This document shows positions 10,952-22,745 of a stretch of 64,000 bases of DNA, in pieces. How positions within the stretch are numbered: position 1 is the stretch's first letter; each line of letters begins with the position of its first letter. The position numbers were made by a program, and so were the translations under genes. This DNA is from an uncultured Streptococcus sp. (GTDB lineage Bacteria > Bacillota > Bacilli > Lactobacillales > Aerococcaceae): positions 1,823 through 65,822 of the forward strand of contig CAURBR010000006.1 of assembly GCA_963523415.1 (NCBI GenBank), read 5' to 3'. A model generated the notes under the pieces. The model made no database searches. It was not told the origin of the DNA and was given only the letters and a program-made list of their open reading frames with translations.

Positions 10952-11280
10952 AACACTTTAGTGATTTTTCAGTGGAGAAAACCTTTCGATTAAAAAGCAG
11001 AAAACGAACGAGAATGTGCTTCGTAAATTATTATTTTGGAAAACGAAGAGTCTTCGGATATCTTCATAGAAACAACAATTGCTATACCGGAACGAGCCTT
11101 CGTCTCGTTTCCTATCGAGCTTCAAACTGACTCTAGGAAATTAATTTCCAGAGTCAGTAATTCACATCGATCATGACCGCTATTGTTATTCCTATAGAAT
11201 CCGAAGACTCTTCGTTTTCCGAAGTACTTTCTAATGTTGGCTTTTTAACCAGAAAGATTTTCTTGAAAAATCACTGTGTT
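10952..11280 (+). repeat. Rod-like inverted-repeat element, copy A
   Basis: Perfect 22-bp IR 11038-11059/11199-11220, outer arms AGTGATTTTTCA/TGAAAAATCACT, core GAGCC..GTCTC..TTCAAA-[31-nt hairpin]-TAATTC shared with copies B-D. Confidence 0.85.
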
Positions 11281-11501
11281 TCATTTCATAAAAATCCAAT
11301 CCTCTAAAAGTAAATTCCCTTCAAAAGAACCCTCTGGATGGAATGGGAGAAACAATTAAGGAGTGGGTGCAATCTTGAAAAACTACGAGCTCATTCGAAT
11401 ATCTTCATGGGACAACAATAGCTATAGATGAATAGCACAAGTTACCATATTTGGTAACTTATGCTTTAGTAAAGATTCATCCACTTTTTATTTTTGTGCA
11501 C

Positions 11502-11530
11502 AAAAAAACCACCGGAAAACCGGTGGTATC
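11502..11530 (-). terminator. Intrinsic terminator of cspA
   Basis: ACCACCGG-AAAA-CCGGTGGT stem with T-tract on the minus strand. Confidence 0.8.
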
Positions 11531-11545
11531 AAAGTTTAAGTTAAA

Positions 11546-11746
11546 TTATAGTTTAACTACGTTAGCTGCTTGTGGTCCACGAGCGCCTTCTTCAACATCG
11601 AATTGAACTGCTTGTCCTTCTTCTAATGTTTTGAATCCTTCTGATTGGATTGCTGAGAAGTGTACGAATACATCGTTTCCACCTTCACGTTCGATAAACC
11701 CAAAACCTTTTTCTGAGTTAAACCATTTTACTGTACCTTGTTCCAT
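11546..11746 (-). CDS. cspA: Cold-shock protein
   Basis: [27 protein letters not shown]; 66 aa after AGGAGG. Confidence 0.95.
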   Translation of the reverse strand: MEQGTVKWFNSEKGFGFIEREGGNDVFVHFSAIQSEGFKTLEEGQAVQFDVEEGARGPQAANVVKL

Positions 11747-12033
11747 GAACATTTCCTCCTTGTGCCAGTAGCACGTTTTATTCATATTCTTGCTAATGGT
11801 CCGAAAGAAGAATACTTTATTCATTTCCTATACCTAACAAAAACACAAGATAAGTATAACATCTCACAGGTAATTTTTCAAGAGTATTTCCGAATGTCCA
11901 TAGAATTATTATGCACCACTCTCGATTAATGCATTTTTTCCGAATGGTCTCCTTCAATAGCATTAATATTTTTCGTAAAATCCGAAAATCAAGTTTTACT
12001 CTATTGATTAAAAATTCGTTATTTCACATGTGT

Positions 12034-12717
12034 TTAAATGATGCCATACTCTTTCAGTGAGAGGCAATCCTCTCCTCCAACAATAAAATGATCTAATAAT
12101 TCGATTCCCATGAGTTCACCACATTCCATCAAGCGACGTGTAAAATCGATATCCGCTTGTGAGGGTTCGGGGTTTCCACTTGGGTGATTATGGCCAATAA
12201 TGACGCGTGCCGCCGAAAACCGTACTGCCTCCCGGAAGATTTCTCTAGGATGCGCCACTGCACTGTTCAACCCACCGATGAAGATCATTTTCTTCTTAAT
12301 AATCTCGTTTTTCGTGTTTAAATACAAGGCGACGAGATGTTCCTGATAGGCATCCTTCAACTCTTGCACAATCCACTGGCCCGCCATTTTGGAGGACGTA
12401 ATCTTACCGAGTTTCATTTGCGCGGCATTGCTTAATCGCACACCCAATTCCATGGCTGCCTTAAGTTCAATTGCCTTGGTTCTGCCGATTCCATTAATGT
12501 GCATGAGTTCGTCCAGACTCGCCATCTTCAGCGAATGCAAATCCTCGAAGGTGTTTAAGACAACGACCGCCAGCTGCAGGACGTTTAAATCCTTGGAACC
12601 TGTTCGCAGTAATATCGCGAGCAATTCATGTGTTTCAAGCACTTTAGCGCCATATCGCTCGAGGCGTTCTCGTGGCATGGCGCTCAAAGGCACTTCTAAT
12701 AATTTTGATTCAATCAT
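12034..12717 (-). CDS. radC: RadC/JAB-domain protein
   Basis: PRERL, HPREIF, HNHPSG, LLDHFIV. Confidence 0.95.
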   Translation of the reverse strand: MIESKLLEVPLSAMPRERLERYGAKVLETHELLAILLRTGSKDLNVLQLAVVVLNTFEDLHSLKMASLDELMHINGIGRTKAIELKAAMELGVRLSNAAQMKLGKITSSKMAGQWIVQELKDAYQEHLVALYLNTKNEIIKKKMIFIGGLNSAVAHPREIFREAVRFSAARVIIGHNHPSGNPEPSQADIDFTRRLMECGELMGIELLDHFIVGGEDCLSLKEYGII

Positions 12718-12760
12718 TGTGACACTTCCTCTTTGTTTTCTCTACAAAGAGTTACGATGT

Positions 12761-14032
12761 CTATTCTTCTTTGGGCTTACGGTTCTTCCACCAATGACGA
12801 ACTTCGGCGATAAAATACAACGATCCTGTTACCCATAATTCGCTCTTGTCGTCTGTTGAACTTGCGAAACGATCGATGACGTCTTCAAAGCTTTCTTCAT
12901 AGGAAACCTGAGGAGAATTCAAGTACGCTTCCACATCACTTCTAGCAATCGACTGTCCCTTTGAAGGATGGAAACTTGTCAAGACAATATTCACATCAAG
13001 AAGAGCTTCTTGCAATCTTAGAAGCATCTGTTTACTATCTTTTCGAGTGAGTGCGCTAAATAACAGCGTTTGTCTCTTGCCTTTATGCACCATCATGTTT
13101 TGTACAAGTCGCTCGATAGCAGGCAAATTATGAGCTCCATCAATCATCACAAGTGGTGTGTCTTGCAACACTTCCATACGTCCTGGCCAGGAAACCACTC
13201 GTAGGTCTGCCTCGATGCATTCGGGTTGCACACTTCTTCCAGTAGCTTCCATCCACGCGCGAAATGCTCGAATCGCAACGGTCGCATTCTCCTTTTGAAA
13301 GGCTCCTTTAAGGGCTAACTGCTTCAGCGGAATCGTTAACTCGGCATCTTGATACGAATCTTCAATTAGAAAGAAGTCTTCGTCAAACGCCTGAACAGTT
13401 GCGCCTTTCTCACTAGCAATCTCACGAATCACATCCATACATTCACGCGTGACTGGTCCGACAACCACTTGTTGTCCAGATTTAATAATCCCTGCTTTTT
13501 GCGCCGTAATTTCTTCCAACGTACTTCCGAGTAAGTCTTGATGGTCTAATCCAATCGTCGTAATCACGCTCACAAGAGGATGTCCGACGTTCGTATTATC
13601 GAGAAGACCCCCAATCCCAACCTCAATAATCCCAAGGTCGACGACTTCTTGTTGAAAGACGACAAACATCATTGCCGTTAAAATCTCAAAATAGTTAAAG
13701 GGGCCCCACTCTTCGAATAAGCGGCTCTCCACTTCTTTCATGACTGATGCGGCTTGCCAGAACGGCTCTTCTTCAAGAGGCACTCCGTCTAGCTGAATGC
13801 GTTCCCTAATACTGTCCATATGTGGTGAAGTGAATGTCCCTACTCGCAATCCATGCGCCTTTGCAAAGGCTGTCACCATCGCTGCAGTAGACCCTTTTCC
13901 ATTCGTTCCCGCAATATGAATACTCTTCAACCCACGTTCTGGATTTCCAAGTGCTTCTAGAATAGCCTCCATGCGGTACAATCCATGTTTACGCGGAATA
14001 CTCTCGCTCTTTTTTAACCACTCTTGAATCAT
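12761..14032 (-). CDS. folC: Folylpolyglutamate synthase/dihydrofolate synthase
   Basis: HIAGTNGKGST, FTSPH, EVGIGG, WPGR, DGAHN. Confidence 0.93.
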   Translation of the reverse strand: MIQEWLKKSESIPRKHGLYRMEAILEALGNPERGLKSIHIAGTNGKGSTAAMVTAFAKAHGLRVGTFTSPHMDSIRERIQLDGVPLEEEPFWQAASVMKEVESRLFEEWGPFNYFEILTAMMFVVFQQEVVDLGIIEVGIGGLLDNTNVGHPLVSVITTIGLDHQDLLGSTLEEITAQKAGIIKSGQQVVVGPVTRECMDVIREIASEKGATVQAFDEDFFLIEDSYQDAELTIPLKQLALKGAFQKENATVAIRAFRAWMEATGRSVQPECIEADLRVVSWPGRMEVLQDTPLVMIDGAHNLPAIERLVQNMMVHKGKRQTLLFSALTRKDSKQMLLRLQEALLDVNIVLTSFHPSKGQSIARSDVEAYLNSPQVSYEESFEDVIDRFASSTDDKSELWVTGSLYFIAEVRHWWKNRKPKEE

Positions 14033-14139
14033 TCACTCACCTCCTATTTTCCTCATTTATCATAACAGAAAATGACTCTTTGGAACATACAAAAGAGAGC
14101 GCATGACACTTCATACGCTCTCCTCACCGTTAAAACGGA

Positions 14140-16782
14140 TTAGATTTTTTTCAATGTTGCGATACGTTCTAACACGGCTTCACGTTGTGCTTGATAGTCC
14201 GCACCTTTTGCACGTTCAGCTTCAACAACCGCTGCAGGAGCTTTTGCCACAAATTTCTCGTTCGACAACTTCTTCTCGACGCGATCCACTTCTTGTTGCA
14301 ATTTCTCTGCTTCTTTTTCAAGACGAGCAATTTCGTCTTCGATGTTAATTAATCCTGCTAATGGTAGGTAAATTTCCGCACCTGCAATCACTGAAGTAAC
14401 TGCATCAGATGGTGCCTCAACGTCTTCACCATACACGAATTCTTCTGGATTTGAGAAGCGTGCAATGTAAGATTCGTTTTCTTTCAAGATAGCGTAGTGC
14501 GCTGCGTCACTCACTTTCGCAAGAATATTAATTGGTTTTGATAATGGCGTATTCATTTCGTTACGAACCGTACGTACGGAACGGATGAAGTCCATTAAGA
14601 ATTCCATTTCTTCAGCTGCTTTTTCATCCATTTGTTCTGGGTGAACGGTTGGGTAAGCGGCCACTACTAATGATTCCCCAACGTGAGGAACAGATTGCCA
14701 GATTTCTTCTGTCACGAAAGGCATGATTGGGTGTAATAGACGTAATGTGTTGTCTAGTACATATACAAGAATGCCACGGGTTGTTAATTTCGCAGCTTCG
14801 TCGTCCCCTGCTAATGTTTCTTTCGACATTTCGATATACCAGTCACAGAAATCATCCCAGATGAAGCGATACAATAAACGTCCTGCTTCACCGAATTCAA
14901 ATTTCTCGAAGAGTTCTGTCACTTTTCCAATCGTTTGATTCAAGCGCGTCAAAATCCATTTATCCGCAAGAGTCTTCTCACCAGTGATATCGACTTGGTC
15001 TACTGTTAAATCGCCCACGTTCATTAACGCGTAACGGCTTGCGTTCCAAATCTTGTTGATGAAGTTCCATGCAGCGTCCATCTTGTCTGTTGAGTAACGA
15101 ACGTCTTGCCCTGGAGCAGAACCGTTTGCTAAGAACCAACGAAGCGCATCGGCACCATATTGCTCGATGACTTCCATTGGGTCAACCCCATTCCCAAGGG
15201 ACTTACTCATCTTGCGTCCTTGGCTATCACGAATCAATCCGTGAATTAGAACATTCTTAAATGGACGTTTGCCTGTAAATTCTAACCCTTGGAACATCAT
15301 TCGACTTACCCAGAAAGTAAGGATGTCATACCCTGTAACAAGAGTATCTGTTGGATAGTACCGTTTATAGTCAGCTGTCTCTTCATTTGGCCAACCCATT
15401 GTTGAAAATGGCCATAATGCAGATGAGAACCACGTATCTAATACGTCTGGATCTTGTGTCCAGTTTTCAGTGTCACTTGGTGCTTCCATACCTACGTACA
15501 CTTCGCCTGTTTCTTTATGATACCAAGCTGGAATTTGATGTCCCCACCATAATTGACGTGAAATGACCCAGTCGTGAATGTTTTCCATCCAACGTAGGTA
15601 AGCATCGTTGAAACGTGGTGGGTAGAAGTTTACAGTGTTGTCACCTTCTGCACGTTGCGCATTGATGGCTTGCTCTGCTAAAGGTCCCATCTTCACGAAC
15701 CATTGTTTTGAAAGACGTGGTTCAACGATGACATCTGTACGTTCTGAGTGACCCACACTATGTACGTGCTTTTCAATTTTCACAAGAAGACCAGCTTCTT
15801 CTAAATCTTTCACGATGGCTTTACGCGCAGTAAAACGGTCCATACCTTCGTATTTACCTGCTAATTCGTTCATTGTTGCATCATCGTTCATCACGTTAAT
15901 ACGAGGTAAGTTATGACGGTTCCCTACTTCAAAGTCGTTTGGGTCATGCGCTGGAGTGATTTTTACAACCCCTGTTCCGAAATCTTGCTCAACGTATTCG
16001 TCAGCGATAATTGGAATCTCACGACCAACAAGCGGCAAGATCACTGTTTTCCCGATAAGCGCTTGATAACGTCCATCGTCTGGGTGAACCGCAACTGCTG
16101 TATCTCCAAGAAGTGTTTCTGGACGAGTCGTTGCGATTTCTAGGAATCCACTTCCGTCTGCTAGAGGGTAGTTCATATGATAGAACGCGCCTTCTACGTC
16201 TTTATGGATTACTTCGATATCGGATAATGACGTTTTTGCTTTAGGGTCCCAGTTGATGATGTATTCACCACGGTAGATTAAGCCTTTTTCGTATAAAGTA
16301 ACGAAGACTTTCTTCACGGCGTCAGATAACCCTTTATCTAATGTGAAACGTTCTCTGCGGTAGTCTACAGAAATCCCCATTTTTGCCCATTGTTCACGGA
16401 TATGGCTGGCATATTCTTCCTTCCATTCCCATGTTTGTTCTAGGAACTTCTCACGGCCAAGGTCATAACGAGATAAGCCTTCTCCGCGTAATTTTTCTTC
16501 TACTTTTGCTTGCGTTGCGATACCCGCATGGTCCATCCCTGGTAACCATAAAGTGTCGAACCCTTGCATGCGTTTTTGACGGATAATCATGTCTTGTAAC
16601 GTTACGTCCCAAGCATGCCCCAAGTGTAATTTCCCTGTTACGTTTGGTGGCGGGATAACGATTGAATAAGGTTCAGCGTTTGGATCTTCGTTTGGATGGA
16701 AGACGCCTGAATCAACCCACCATTGATATTTACCAGCTTCAACTTCTTGTGGTTGAAACTTAGATGACATTTCTTTAGTCAT
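14140..16782 (-). CDS. valS: Valine--tRNA ligase
   Basis: [14 protein letters not shown] (HIGH), KMSKS, C-terminal coiled coil; start at MTKEM after GGAGG. Confidence 0.98.
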   Translation of the reverse strand: MTKEMSSKFQPQEVEAGKYQWWVDSGVFHPNEDPNAEPYSIVIPPPNVTGKLHLGHAWDVTLQDMIIRQKRMQGFDTLWLPGMDHAGIATQAKVEEKLRGEGLSRYDLGREKFLEQTWEWKEEYASHIREQWAKMGISVDYRRERFTLDKGLSDAVKKVFVTLYEKGLIYRGEYIINWDPKAKTSLSDIEVIHKDVEGAFYHMNYPLADGSGFLEIATTRPETLLGDTAVAVHPDDGRYQALIGKTVILPLVGREIPIIADEYVEQDFGTGVVKITPAHDPNDFEVGNRHNLPRINVMNDDATMNELAGKYEGMDRFTARKAIVKDLEEAGLLVKIEKHVHSVGHSERTDVIVEPRLSKQWFVKMGPLAEQAINAQRAEGDNTVNFYPPRFNDAYLRWMENIHDWVISRQLWWGHQIPAWYHKETGEVYVGMEAPSDTENWTQDPDVLDTWFSSALWPFSTMGWPNEETADYKRYYPTDTLVTGYDILTFWVSRMMFQGLEFTGKRPFKNVLIHGLIRDSQGRKMSKSLGNGVDPMEVIEQYGADALRWFLANGSAPGQDVRYSTDKMDAAWNFINKIWNASRYALMNVGDLTVDQVDITGEKTLADKWILTRLNQTIGKVTELFEKFEFGEAGRLLYRFIWDDFCDWYIEMSKETLAGDDEAAKLTTRGILVYVLDNTLRLLHPIMPFVTEEIWQSVPHVGESLVVAAYPTVHPEQMDEKAAEEMEFLMDFIRSVRTVRNEMNTPLSKPINILAKVSDAAHYAILKENESYIARFSNPEEFVYGEDVEAPSDAVTSVIAGAEIYLPLAGLINIEDEIARLEKEAEKLQQEVDRVEKKLSNEKFVAKAPAAVVEAERAKGADYQAQREAVLERIATLKKI

Positions 16783-16814
16783 TGATTTTCCTCCTTGTAT
16801 CTTGTTTGTGTCCA

Positions 16815-17055
16815 ATAAAAAAATCCTATGAAGACACTCTCCATAGGACGATTAAATTCGTGGTACCACCTAATATTCGCGTAAAAATTCATTACGCCTC
16901 GATGTTGGTAACGAAGTGTCGTCTCCGTACTCTATTACTGCATTTCGTAGAGTAAGCTCACAAGCTACCTTCAAATGAATCTGCTAGGAAGTTGCACCAA
17001 GTCTTCCCTCTCTCGTAAACAAAGTCATTTTACTCCTCTTGTTCATCGCTCTAAT
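16815..17055 (-). promoter_or_regulatory. T-box riboswitch (Val specifier) upstream of valS
   Basis: Minus strand: stem I AGTA..GAGAG..GGTG..GAA, specifier GUA (16968-16966), T-box AGGTGGTACCACG (about 16859-16871), terminator CCTATG..CATAGG-T7. Confidence 0.93.
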
Positions 17056-17117
17056 ATACAAAATATTCTACCATTATGGCGATGTGCTTGCAACAATATC
17101 GCGCTGTAATAGAAAAT

Positions 17118-17489
17118 CTAACTCTCCTTTGATTGTTTTAAGGAATAGCGATTTACAATTGCCACTAACCCAAAGATAAACGTGAATCTAACGACGGATT
17201 TTTGCCACGACTCCCATTGCTCAAACCCGAAGAAATGATTCATGATGAGAATAAAAGCAATAGTGGCTACCATGCCCATAAAGATGGCAGCTCCTCCGCG
17301 ATTCATCTTCTTGAGCTGTTCTGGATTATCCCGATTCACCCAAGTATAAAAGGCAATCCCAACAACTATCGCACTCACAATAAATAGCACGATATCTTGA
17401 CGAAATAGTAGCTGATAGATGGCATTCACGCCATTGATGACCCCAATTGCTATAGTACCAATTTCTCTAACTTTTTGACTCATTTCCAA
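17118..17489 (-). CDS. Hypothetical 4-TM membrane protein
   Basis: 123 aa hydrophobic ORF with GGAGAGGGG RBS. Confidence 0.65.
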   Translation of the reverse strand: MEMSQKVREIGTIAIGVINGVNAIYQLLFRQDIVLFIVSAIVVGIAFYTWVNRDNPEQLKKMNRGGAAIFMGMVATIAFILIMNHFFGFEQWESWQKSVVRFTFIFGLVAIVNRYSLKQSKES

Positions 17490-17634
17490 CAGCCCCTCTC
17501 CCTAAAAACGGATTCCTAAACTTATCTCTATTATACTGCTCCCCCAGCGTTTTTACTATACGCGCAAGCAAAAAAAGAACCCAGCATTACTGCTAGGTTC
17601 TACTTCTTCGGCCTCTATAGCCGAGTTTTCTATT

Positions 17635-18666
17635 TTATTCTTCTACCCCTAGTAATAGGTTCACTAGGATATCCACTGTAACATTACCGAAGTAACGGCG
17701 GATGTCGATGGCTTCGAAGGCTTTTGTTAAGTCTTCACGGTTATATCCGACTCCCACTAGCGCTTTTTCTACATCGCTGATTTCTCCAAGACCGAAGAAG
17801 TCTCCGTTAATCTTAATGTCTTTGATGGTATTCTTTTCAACGTTCAAGCTGAACTCGATTTGTCCTGCTGGAGTACGTTTAGATTGTTTGAATTCGAATT
17901 TTGGATTCTTTCCGTAGTTCCAATCTGGGTTGTTGAAGTACTTGCTGCGTAATTCTTCTACACGCACCCAGTCTTCATCCGTTAAAACATACTCTTTAAT
18001 CGTTGATGTATCTTCCACATTGAAGATGTTTTTCAAGAGTACTTCGCGAAATTGTAAGATGTCTAAGTCTTGATATTCAGGCGCTAAGTATGGTTTGATA
18101 TTTGTCACGCGTGAACGAACCGACTTGATGCCTTTTGACGCGATTTTCTCTTGTTTTGGACGTAAAATTTGTGGCAAAATGCTCACATCTAGATCCAGCA
18201 TTAATGTTCCATGCGCTGTTAAACGGCCATTGTTTGAGTACATCGCATTTCCAGAGAATTTCTTGCCGTCGATGAGAAGGTCGTTACGTCCTTGTAACTC
18301 TGCCCCTGTTGCTCCCATTTTATGAAGGGCTTCAATCACGGGTTCTGTGAATTTCCCAAAATCACGGAAGCTATCGCCATCATCTTCTGTAATGAAGCAG
18401 AAGCAAATATTTCCCATATCGTGATACACGGCTCCCCCACCTGAGAAACGACGAACAACTTGTACGCCAAGTTTATCGACACCATCTTGATTGATTTCTT
18501 CGATGGTATTTTGGTTTTTCCCGATGATAATCGCATTCTCGTTAACATAAAATAACAAAATTGGTTCATCCAGTTTCTTTTCGTTTAATAAGAAATATTC
18601 GATGGCTAAGTTGGTCGTAGCATCGTAGATTTCTTGTCCATTCCGTTGATTTTTTACATAATACAT
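17635..18666 (-). CDS. lplA: Lipoate-protein ligase A
   Basis: VRRFSGGGAVYHD, GRNDL, KFSGNA, SVRSRVTNI. Confidence 0.93.
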   Translation of the reverse strand: MYYVKNQRNGQEIYDATTNLAIEYFLLNEKKLDEPILLFYVNENAIIIGKNQNTIEEINQDGVDKLGVQVVRRFSGGGAVYHDMGNICFCFITEDDGDSFRDFGKFTEPVIEALHKMGATGAELQGRNDLLIDGKKFSGNAMYSNNGRLTAHGTLMLDLDVSILPQILRPKQEKIASKGIKSVRSRVTNIKPYLAPEYQDLDILQFREVLLKNIFNVEDTSTIKEYVLTDEDWVRVEELRSKYFNNPDWNYGKNPKFEFKQSKRTPAGQIEFSLNVEKNTIKDIKINGDFFGLGEISDVEKALVGVGYNREDLTKAFEAIDIRRYFGNVTVDILVNLLLGVEE

Positions 18667-18852
18667 CCGAAAGTCTCCTCTCTTCTACTAATCTCTCTAG
18701 CGTCATCATATCATAACCTCTACTTTCACACATAAGAAAGAGCTCGATTTTACATTGTTTTTACTCCTCTTCAAAACGCAATTACCATATATGGTAATTG
18801 CAGCCTTTCAATAAGAAAAACGCACCCATTCCAGGATGCGCTTTGTAAAATA

Positions 18853-19614
18853 TTAGTATGCCCATGCAATTAGCAAGTAAATGAAGGTTGAACCAAACAT
18901 ATCTGCCAATGCGTGCATAAGGAAGAAAGGTAATAAGTTTTTGACCACTTTCTTGTACATGAAGTAGTAGAACAATCCATACACTACACCGATAATGAGT
19001 GCCCAAAGCATACCTTGGTACGTATGGAATGAGAAACGAACAAGTGTTGAAAACGACAAAGCCTTCCACTGATGCTCTTCCTTCACCGATGTCATTAATC
19101 CAAGGAAGAAGAACTCTTCGTAAAATCCATTTAACAGACCATAAGCGATGGCCATTGGAGATAACGCTATGAACTTATTGATGATTTCCTGCGGGTTCAT
19201 AAACGGAACAAGCGCTGGGTCGAAGTAATTGTATTCGCCGCTCAGTGTGGTTACGACGTCGCCGAACAAGCCGACCATCGTGAATAATACCGATACCCAG
19301 ATAAGTACAGACCAGTGAAAACGAATCTTCAACTGCTTGAAGTCGTAATGACGGATGACTAAGTACAAGAGTGCAATCGCTAGTAATAGCAACTGTAACG
19401 TAAAATTACTCGAATACGCTGCCCCGTCGCTATAGGACGTTGTCGTTTCCGTATACTGCTGGGCCACTTGCGTTACCGGTTGTAAACTCTGTAGAAATTG
19501 TTGTGTGGATCGGATGATAAATTCACCGAACATGATGATTGTCACGATGAGAATGTCAAACCACTTTAAATTTTTTAATAGTTCTTTAGGTCTGATTTTA
19601 GTTAAAAAAGTCAT
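18853..19614 (-). CDS. CPBP/CAAX (Abi) intramembrane metalloprotease
   Basis: YEEFFFLG, FHTY, HALAD motifs. Confidence 0.85.
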   Translation of the reverse strand: MTFLTKIRPKELLKNLKWFDILIVTIIMFGEFIIRSTQQFLQSLQPVTQVAQQYTETTTSYSDGAAYSSNFTLQLLLLAIALLYLVIRHYDFKQLKIRFHWSVLIWVSVLFTMVGLFGDVVTTLSGEYNYFDPALVPFMNPQEIINKFIALSPMAIAYGLLNGFYEEFFFLGLMTSVKEEHQWKALSFSTLVRFSFHTYQGMLWALIIGVVYGLFYYFMYKKVVKNLLPFFLMHALADMFGSTFIYLLIAWAY

Positions 19615-19789
19615 GATTGTATCCCTCTTTTCCTTATTGTATCAAAACACTGTTCTATTGAAAGAAAATCGCTTCTTTCTTTGGACGTCTTCCTTAATAA
19701 GAGAGTACTCCTTAAAACTAAAATGAACCTAAAATCAAAAAGTTTCTACAAAAAAGTGACTCCTTTAACAGAAGTCACTGACTAATTTT

Positions 19790-20497
19790 CTAAAAGAAGC
19801 GTTTCGGTATTTCGATGAACAAGATTACAAGAAGCCCATTAAGAAGGCTATGTAATAAGATTGCGTCAAACAAACTTCTTCTTCGTTCATATATAAGAAA
19901 AAGAACAATAGAGCCAATAAGATAAGCTAAAAACTGTATCCAATTATGAATATACGGCATATGAATAACTGTAAATAAAATTGAAACGATAGACATTCTA
20001 ACAAAAGCATTCACTTTTCCTCGGAGCAAATTATTCAGAAAACCTCTAAAAAAAAGTTCTTCAGTCAAAGGTGCAATACAAACGAGATTTAGTGCTTCTA
20101 AAGCAAAAACAAATTTGTCTGCCGTTATTGTTCGAGTTGCCTTAAAGAAAAAATCAACTAGTTTTGTTCGATCTGTCCCATACGCCATTGAACTCCACAA
20201 ACTATAAATCAAATAATCTGAAAATCTAAGAGCAATATACGTTAAAAAAACAAAAATTAAATCCTTCAGTTGAATTTTTCTTTTTACTTTTGGCTTAAAC
20301 AATTTTGTGTGTACATGGTACATAAAAATGAACAAAATACCAACGCAAACAATCGTAACTATGAACTTCCACATATTCGCTTGCCGATCTAGATTCAACA
20401 AATTCTTGCGGAACACAAATTTAATTCCACCTAATATAACAATATTCGCTACAAAAAAGAATAGAACCCAAAGCGGTTTTTTCATTCGAGCACCCAT
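19790..20497 (-). CDS. CPBP/CAAX (Abi) intramembrane metalloprotease
   Basis: PLTEELFFRG, FTVIH, HSLLN motifs. Confidence 0.88.
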   Translation of the reverse strand: MGARMKKPLWVLFFFVANIVILGGIKFVFRKNLLNLDRQANMWKFIVTIVCVGILFIFMYHVHTKLFKPKVKRKIQLKDLIFVFLTYIALRFSDYLIYSLWSSMAYGTDRTKLVDFFFKATRTITADKFVFALEALNLVCIAPLTEELFFRGFLNNLLRGKVNAFVRMSIVSILFTVIHMPYIHNWIQFLAYLIGSIVLFLIYERRRSLFDAILLHSLLNGLLVILFIEIPKRFF

Positions 20498-20606
20498 TTA
20501 CTTCTACCTCACATGATTTTTCCTTATATTACCGTTTTATAGCAGGCACTGTCAATATGAAATTCTAAAAAAAGCAGACTAGCGTTTCACCAGTCTGCTT
20601 CATTCA

Positions 20607-22136
20607 TTATTTCTGACGGATTGTAAATCCTTTGTCAGATTTCTTTTTGTTGTTACGGCGGCGAGAATCTTTCCCTTTATATCCGCGTGTATATTCGTCT
20701 TCTAAGCCACGGCCACGACGGTCTTCTTTACGCTTGAAGCTTCCTTTTCCGTTACGTCCGCGGTTGTCTTTACGGTCGCTACGGTTGTAGTTTCCACGGC
20801 TGTTGCCACGTTTGCGGCTAGGCAATGGACGTTCTGGCGTGATTTTAACTGGAATTTCAGTTGGGTCTTTAATCATGCTCTTGAGTAATAGAGCTGCCAA
20901 TTCTTCTGGTTCGTACTCTTCTAATAAGTAAGATACCGCTTCTTTGAAACGTCTTGGTTCCACAGTTTTCATCATTTCGTCAATAGACTCGATGGCTGTT
21001 TTTGTTTGTCCTTCCAAGGCTTCTGTTTGCGTTGGTGGACGAAGGCTTGTCATACGTTTGCGTGTTAATTCTTCAATCACACGTAGGTAATCCATTTCGT
21101 TTGGTGTCACGAATGTTACAGACATTCCTTCTTGACCCGCACGGCCTGTACGTCCGATACGATGTACATAGCTTTCTGGATCTTGTGGGATATCGTAGTT
21201 ATAGACGTGTGTAACGCCTGAGATATCTAGTCCACGTGCCGCCACGTCTGTAGCGACTAAGATGTCTAAATGGTTGTTCTTGAAGTCACGAAGAACGCTC
21301 ATACGTTTTTGTTGGCTTAAGTCCCCGTGGATTCCTTCTGCACGGTAGCCACGCATTTCAAGTCCGCGTGCTAATTCGTCTACACGGCGTTTTGTACGTC
21401 CAAATACGATGGTTAATTCAGGCGTTTGAACGTCTAATAAACGTGTCATAATGTCGAATTTCTCGTAGTCTTTACATTTTACGAAATATTGATCGATTAA
21501 TGTCGCAGTCATCTCATTGGATTTGATACGAACATGTTCTGGATTTTTCATAAATTGAACACCGATACGTTTAATATCGTCTGGCATTGTCGCAGAGAAT
21601 AAAAGCGTTTGGCGATTTTCTGGAACTTGTTTGATAATCGATTCGATATCTTCCAAGAATCCCATGTTTAACATTTCATCCGCTTCGTCTAAGACAAGTG
21701 TTTCCACTGTCGCAAGCTTCAATGTACGGCGTGAAATGTGGTCTAATAAACGACCTGGAGTTCCCACAACGATTTGTGGATTTTCTTTTAATTGGCGGAT
21801 TTGACGGTTAATGTCCGCTCCACCGTAAACGGCTTGTACACGAACTTTCTTGTCGCGTCCGAGACGGAACAATTCTTCTTGTGTTTGAATCGCAAGTTCA
21901 CGAGTTGGTGCGATGACAAGTCCTTGTACGCCTTTTCTACTTGGGTCGATTTTTTGAAGCATTGGCAAACCAAATGAAGCTGTTTTACCAGTCCCTGTTT
22001 GCGCTTGTCCAATCACATCTAAGCCTGCTAGCGCTTTTGGAATGGTTTGTGCTTGAATTGGAGTCGCTTCTTCAAACCCCATTTTTTCGATAGATTCTAG
22101 TAAGGCAGAATCCAATCCTAATTCATTAAATTTCAT
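20607..22136 (-). CDS. cshA: DEAD-box RNA helicase CshA
   Basis: [28 protein letters not shown], basic C-terminal tail; start at MKFNEL. Confidence 0.93.
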   Translation of the reverse strand: MKFNELGLDSALLESIEKMGFEEATPIQAQTIPKALAGLDVIGQAQTGTGKTASFGLPMLQKIDPSRKGVQGLVIAPTRELAIQTQEELFRLGRDKKVRVQAVYGGADINRQIRQLKENPQIVVGTPGRLLDHISRRTLKLATVETLVLDEADEMLNMGFLEDIESIIKQVPENRQTLLFSATMPDDIKRIGVQFMKNPEHVRIKSNEMTATLIDQYFVKCKDYEKFDIMTRLLDVQTPELTIVFGRTKRRVDELARGLEMRGYRAEGIHGDLSQQKRMSVLRDFKNNHLDILVATDVAARGLDISGVTHVYNYDIPQDPESYVHRIGRTGRAGQEGMSVTFVTPNEMDYLRVIEELTRKRMTSLRPPTQTEALEGQTKTAIESIDEMMKTVEPRRFKEAVSYLLEEYEPEELAALLLKSMIKDPTEIPVKITPERPLPSRKRGNSRGNYNRSDRKDNRGRNGKGSFKRKEDRRGRGLEDEYTRGYKGKDSRRRNNKKKSDKGFTIRQK

Positions 22137-22337
22137 ATTTTCCTCCTTGGATACTCCGGTGAGAAGCACACGAGGGAATTCCCTTCAAAACAAAAGTCTG
22201 GAGCTTTTAGTAAGAGCCCCAGACTTCTACAATTGTTCATTAAAACTATCATTATAATTATATGTACATTTCTCAACTCAACGAATACTATAGCACGCAT
22301 CCAGCGAGAATGCAAAGAATACAGACCGCCGACTTGT

Positions 22338-22612
22338 GCTTTTTATTCTTTAAAAAGGCTTTTATGACAAGTTTTTGACTGAGTGCTGATTCCTCCAAAT
22401 CCTTGCGGATTTTTTTATAATGGCTGTAATGGGGCAACGGCTTGAGCCACGGTCTCAAGCTCTTTCAAGATTCAAATGTACTCTAGAAAATAAATTTTCA
22501 AGAGCACGTAATTCACTTTGAATGCTATCCCCCATTACTATCATTATAAAATCCGCTAGATTCTTCGGAATCAGCGTCAATCAAATGAAATAGCAGTTTC
22601 AAAATAAAAAGC
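22338..22612 (+). repeat. Rod-like inverted-repeat element, copy B
   Basis: Arms GCTGATTCC/GGAATCAGC, GCGGATTTT/AAAATCCGC, GTAATGGGG/CCCCATTAC; core CAACGG(22435)..GAGCC..GTCTC..TTCAAA-[32 nt]-TAATTC. Confidence 0.85.
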
Positions 22613-22745
22613 GGGAGGAGGCGGGTGAGTTTGCTTCTTGTGGTGCGGTTGAGAAATGGGGACACTTTAGAATGGATCGTTCTCCATGAGGGAATGAAAA
22701 AAGCGAGGGACGTTGATACGTCTCTCGCTACAGGTTCGGTAGTGA

